Shown: in pieces, positions 59,416 to 64,000 of the stretch | How the letters are laid out: the number at the start of each line of letters is the position of its first letter | Numbering within the stretch: the first letter of the stretch is position 1 | Source of the DNA: Octopus sinensis | Taxonomy: Eukaryota | Assembly: GCF_006345805.1 (NCBI RefSeq) | Contig: NC_043026.1 | Span: forward strand, 6,758,001 to 6,822,000 | Length of the DNA: 64,000 bases | Direction: 5' to 3' | The notes under the pieces: model-generated | Database searches by the model: none | Seen by the model: only the letters and a program-made list of their open reading frames with translations | What the model was told of the DNA's origin: nothing | Program-made: the position numbers and the translations under genes

Positions 59416-62400
59416 TACACGTGTAGATGCACATTTATAATCGCTGCTCTACAAGTGGTATTTTGTTAATTCTCCTGTCATCAAACTCCCTGTTGTCTTG
59501 GCACCTTCAGAGACATGTGGAAGAGGAAGGAGTCTCCCTTACTTAAAAAACAAGGGTTAGTGACAGGAAGGGCATCTGGCTGTATAACAATGCCTCATGA
59601 ACATAAAATTAACGATGGACTGAATGAACCCAGGTCTGTCTCATTTGTGCTTATATCACAAATGATATCTTTATTTTTTTTTTGCATTCTTTACTCCTGA
59701 AGATATGGGTAACACATCACACTCAAATGATGCATGATGATACTGTAATTATGCATGTAATGTTTATATTCTATTGAAACAGCTGTAGAGTACAAATTTC
59801 AAATTATGTGAAACTTATGCCTTTCTGTCATTTATTCTAAATATGTAGGTATATACAAACACACATGTATACAGACATCTTCAAAGTATTTAATATATAT
59901 ACTAAAACACACAACACATACTATCACCAGTGTTAAATATGTATATATGTGCACATAGCACACGATATGCGTAAATATTTGGTGTGTGCTTTTATACATG
60001 CATTCTTTGATGATAAATATATATATGTTCATAGAGCACTGCAATCCATGTACTTACGAGCAAAGAGAAATATGGAAAATATGTATGCTCGCATATGTGC
60101 ACACAGCAGAGCATGCACACGGGCACCAATGTATGTATATATGAGTGCACTGCTCTAAGTTTTGCAGTAATATGCAACACTGTATGAAATGACCAATACA
60201 GACCAACATGTTAAGTACAGCATTATATAGTGGAATTCACAATACAGCAATTGTAGACAAAAGTACAAATATTCAAAATTTGTTGCATTAAGACATGCAA
60301 ACTGTCCCTAAATATTCACAACACTGCACAAAATACAATACACAATTTTATGAAATATAAGGTGCTGCAACAGAGAGAGCACCATATCAAGAATGTAAAA
60401 TACTGCACAATCTTGAAGTTATTCAAGAGTGCACAAGGTGCATCATACTGAAAATAAATACCACTGCACAGTGCACTATCATGAAATTGCACATCCACTG
60501 CAGCAAACTAAAACCAATAGAAAACAGCATCAATAGACTACACTGCAGATGATGAAGTGCATAACAGTGAAAATCTGTAATTCACCATCATCACCATAAA
60601 CTACACTGCTGCAAGTGTTGCACACCACAGCAAAAATCAAACCTGAACCACAACAGAGTTTAAAAACATTGTGCACATTTAAATGCACCATCCTGATACT
60701 ATAACACTGCACTGAAAATAGATATCAAATTAAGGTGCATGGCACTACACGCAAAAATAAACTGTAGTGCATAAATTGCTGTACATCACACAGGAACAAT
60801 ACAATGCACACTGTGCATTACTGAAAAGGACCATATTACAAACAAGGCAGCACATGGAAGTGCACAGAAATTGCTGCATAGCACACTGGAATGACAACAT
60901 TGCACACAGTGCATCACTAGACATGAAAGTGCTTGGCAGTGCATATACATAGAGTGCATAAACCACAATACATCATACTGGAGCTACACAAAGTACACGC
61001 AGTGCATGATGGGAAATAGGGGATCACTGTAGACATTAAAAGGTGCAAAACTGCACAGAAGAAAAGATGACTCCATTTACATTCAACTCATTGTACCTTG
61101 AAGGTATGCCCTGGCACATCACCACCACCATGACTCTCACTCTCTTTCTCTCACCCCCCCTCTCCCTCTGGGATAACAACCTATCTCCTCCACAGCAAGA
61201 CACCTGTTGCCATCCTTTTATTATAATTAAATCTCTCATCACCTAGCATATAGCTACATGCCTCTCGTACACACGTCAAGGCAGCTTATTCTGTGCGTTA
61301 TTTGGTGACCTCACTGATGCTGGTGCCACATAAAAAGCACCCAGTACACACTGTGACTCCTATACACAACCTTTCTAACATGGATGGATATCTGACATAA
61401 GTGTACATTTTCCAAGTGAAGTAATACTTTTCTAGTCTATCAAACTACAGCCCCTTATGCCTGGCCTCAATTGAGGGGTCTTGCCCTACAAGTCACTGAG
61501 AGTCCTCACTGCTTCTGGTACCACATAAGTACCCAGTTACAGTTTGTAAAGTGGTTGGTATGAGGATAGTTGCATACAGAAGTGCTGAGCTCTGATTGGG
61601 ATGGGAACCTGTGGAAGGGGTAGACCCAGGAAGAAGTGGGACGAAGTGGTGTGAAAGGATCTTTGGATGTTGAGCCTCAATGAGGAAATGAGAAGGGACC
61701 ATAAGTCGTAGCGATTTGCTGTATTTGATTTGTCAAGCCGAGTACAGGCTTGTTTGTCCTTTGCACGTGCCGATGCCACGTAAAATACACCTGTGCCAAC
61801 GTTGCACAAATGCATCTGTGATGATGGCACATACAAAGAACACCCAGCATAGCGTGTAAAGTGGCTGGCGTTAGGAAGGGCATCCAGCTGAAGAAAGCTT
61901 GCCACAACAGAGAATTGGTGTCTGGCCAGCTCCAAGTCAAACCATCCAACCCATGCCGGCATGGAAAAATGGACGTTAAAGGATGATGATGATGGGGTGA
62001 CAATGACGACGCATGAGGTTAAAGCATGGTTGAAAAATGCTGTGGTAAAGACTGAGAGTATTGTAATCAACGTAAGAACGGGATTGGGTTAAAAGTCGCA
62101 ATAAGTAATTCATTAAAACACAGAAGATAGATGATTGGTGAAGAACGGAGAGAACCCTAGGGTATATAATTGAATTAAAAAAAAGCATGGGGGACACAGA
62201 GAGCTGTGATAAATAAATAAATGAACAATAAATAAAAGAACATTCTGTCTGTGACTGAATTCCACCCTATGTGGAAATGAATAAAAATCAATCAATCAAT
62301 CATTGATTAAACAGAGATCAGTACTCTACTGTTTTGCTGAAATGCAAAGATTCCATGCTAACATCATGCAAATTTTTTTAACTTTGCAGATCTGGATAAC

Positions 62401-62572
62401 CCATGCTGACATCAGACAGGTAATAGAGAGTGCAAATGCAGACACACAAAACATATTCTACAAACGCCACAGGTATGCATTTGTTTGCAAGATTTCTTGA
62501 TGATCATCGTTGGCAAAATGACCCTCCCTAGATACTGTATGTGTGTGTGTGTGTGTGGTGTGTGTGTGTGTG

Positions 62573-62661
<89 letters not shown>

Positions 62662-63568
62662 ATTTCCAATGACTGACACAAAACACCACTGCATGCTTTG
62701 AAACTTTAAGTACCAAGGAATTTGAATGAAACTGTTTTGATCCATATATGTGTGTGTATGTATGTAAATATATATATATGTACATACATACATATATCTA
62801 CATACACACATATGCATCTCTCTATCTATGCATACATGTCTATATACACACACATACATGCAAATTCAGTTGATATGCTTGAAACTGCTACTCAGTTTTT
62901 CTCATTCACGTCTCATCCAACAACATAATTTATTCCAGATAAAAACCACCAATAATTTGATCGAGAATGAAATTTGTTGCCTGGTGACAAAAAAATAAAT
63001 AAATAAACAAACATTAGCTAAATCCTGATTAGCAAAACAAACTGTATCAACTTAGTGCCTTGAATAACTATAACTATACTCTAAAGTATGAATTGAGTAC
63101 TTTTTCTCTTTGCTGTTGAAAACATTATAAATACAAACAAGATATATATATATATATAATTGATTGCATATATACAGTGTTATGTGTTTTGCTTATATAC
63201 TGAATTTGCTGTGAAATAGCACCTGGAAAAGCTCCCAGCACAAAACTGGGTGCTAAAGAACACCTGGGAGTGACAGACCAGGTGAGACACCTCATTACAG
63301 AATCACAGAGAACCCTGGATACCGATATTTTGCCAATATTGAGGCTTATCAATACCGTGTACTCGGATCATCTCAAAAATGGATTCTACCTGGTCTATGA
63401 CTTATATGCAAACAGATTAAAAACCATTTGCTGAGGTGTAGCAATTGTGAAAAGAAACTGAATTTCAAATAAAAAGCAGGTCTAGTAACAAATATTATCG
63501 GTCACACACACACACTATGCGTTTTCTATGCCATATGTATATTCATTCTCTCTCTCTCTCTCTCTCTC

Positions 63569-63670
<102 letters not shown>

Positions 63671-63680
63671 TATATACTTT

Positions 63681-63854
63681 TTTAAAGCAGCAGAAAATTC
63701 AACAAAATCTGTTACTCTGAGTTTCACGTTGCCGTTCATCGGACAGTTTTTGCTAGAATGGAACCGATCGGTTCCAATCTAGCAAAAACTGTCCGATGAA
63801 CGGCAACAGGTAACTCAGAGTAACAGGTTTTGTTGATTTTTCTGCTGCTTTAAA
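63681..63854. repeat. Near-perfect 174-bp palindrome centred on GGAACCGATCGGTTCC
   Basis: Arms are reverse-complementary with few mismatches and essentially no loop. Confidence 0.92.
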
Positions 63855-63928
63855 TAAAGAATATTACTCTACCACTGGTATTTGAGTACTCTTTTTCCAC
63901 CTTGTTTCACATTTATGTGTTTACTCCG

Positions 63929-63980
<52 letters not shown>

Positions 63981-64000
63981 TATATTTTGTGAAATTTGAT

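Overview
This is AT-rich animal genomic DNA, dense in microsatellites and repeats. The SINE/MITE families and (TA)n/(CA)n/(GA)n load look like a coleoid cephalopod (Octopus-like); this is inferred, not proven. The window lies within one large minus-strand gene encoding talin. I traced 16 GT-AG coding exons from 51761 down to 11449 (2397 nt, about 799 codons), covering rod bundles R8/R7 through the end of R12. Phases are continuous except for a 1-nt deficit in the 39840-39675 exon. I recognised no talin exon in 51762-64000 or 1-11448, so the head/upstream rod and R13/dimerisation exons are outside the window. Introns hold tRNA-derived and RTE-tail SINEs, piggyBac-, hAT- and Tc1/mariner-type MITEs, Helitron-like elements, non-LTR retrotransposon remnants and many fold-back hairpins. 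Most notable: (1) a hAT-MITE dimer with swapped target-site duplications enclosing a 157-bp 'inside-out' insert, a cointegrate-like structure; (2) a candidate alternative last exon and a candidate internal first exon in the same 21-kb intron, which could split talin into N- and C-terminal transcripts; (3) a candidate 24-nt in-frame microexon at the R12/R13 linker; (4) an apparent frameshift in a core talin exon. Most ORFs in the supplied track are microsatellite artefacts.
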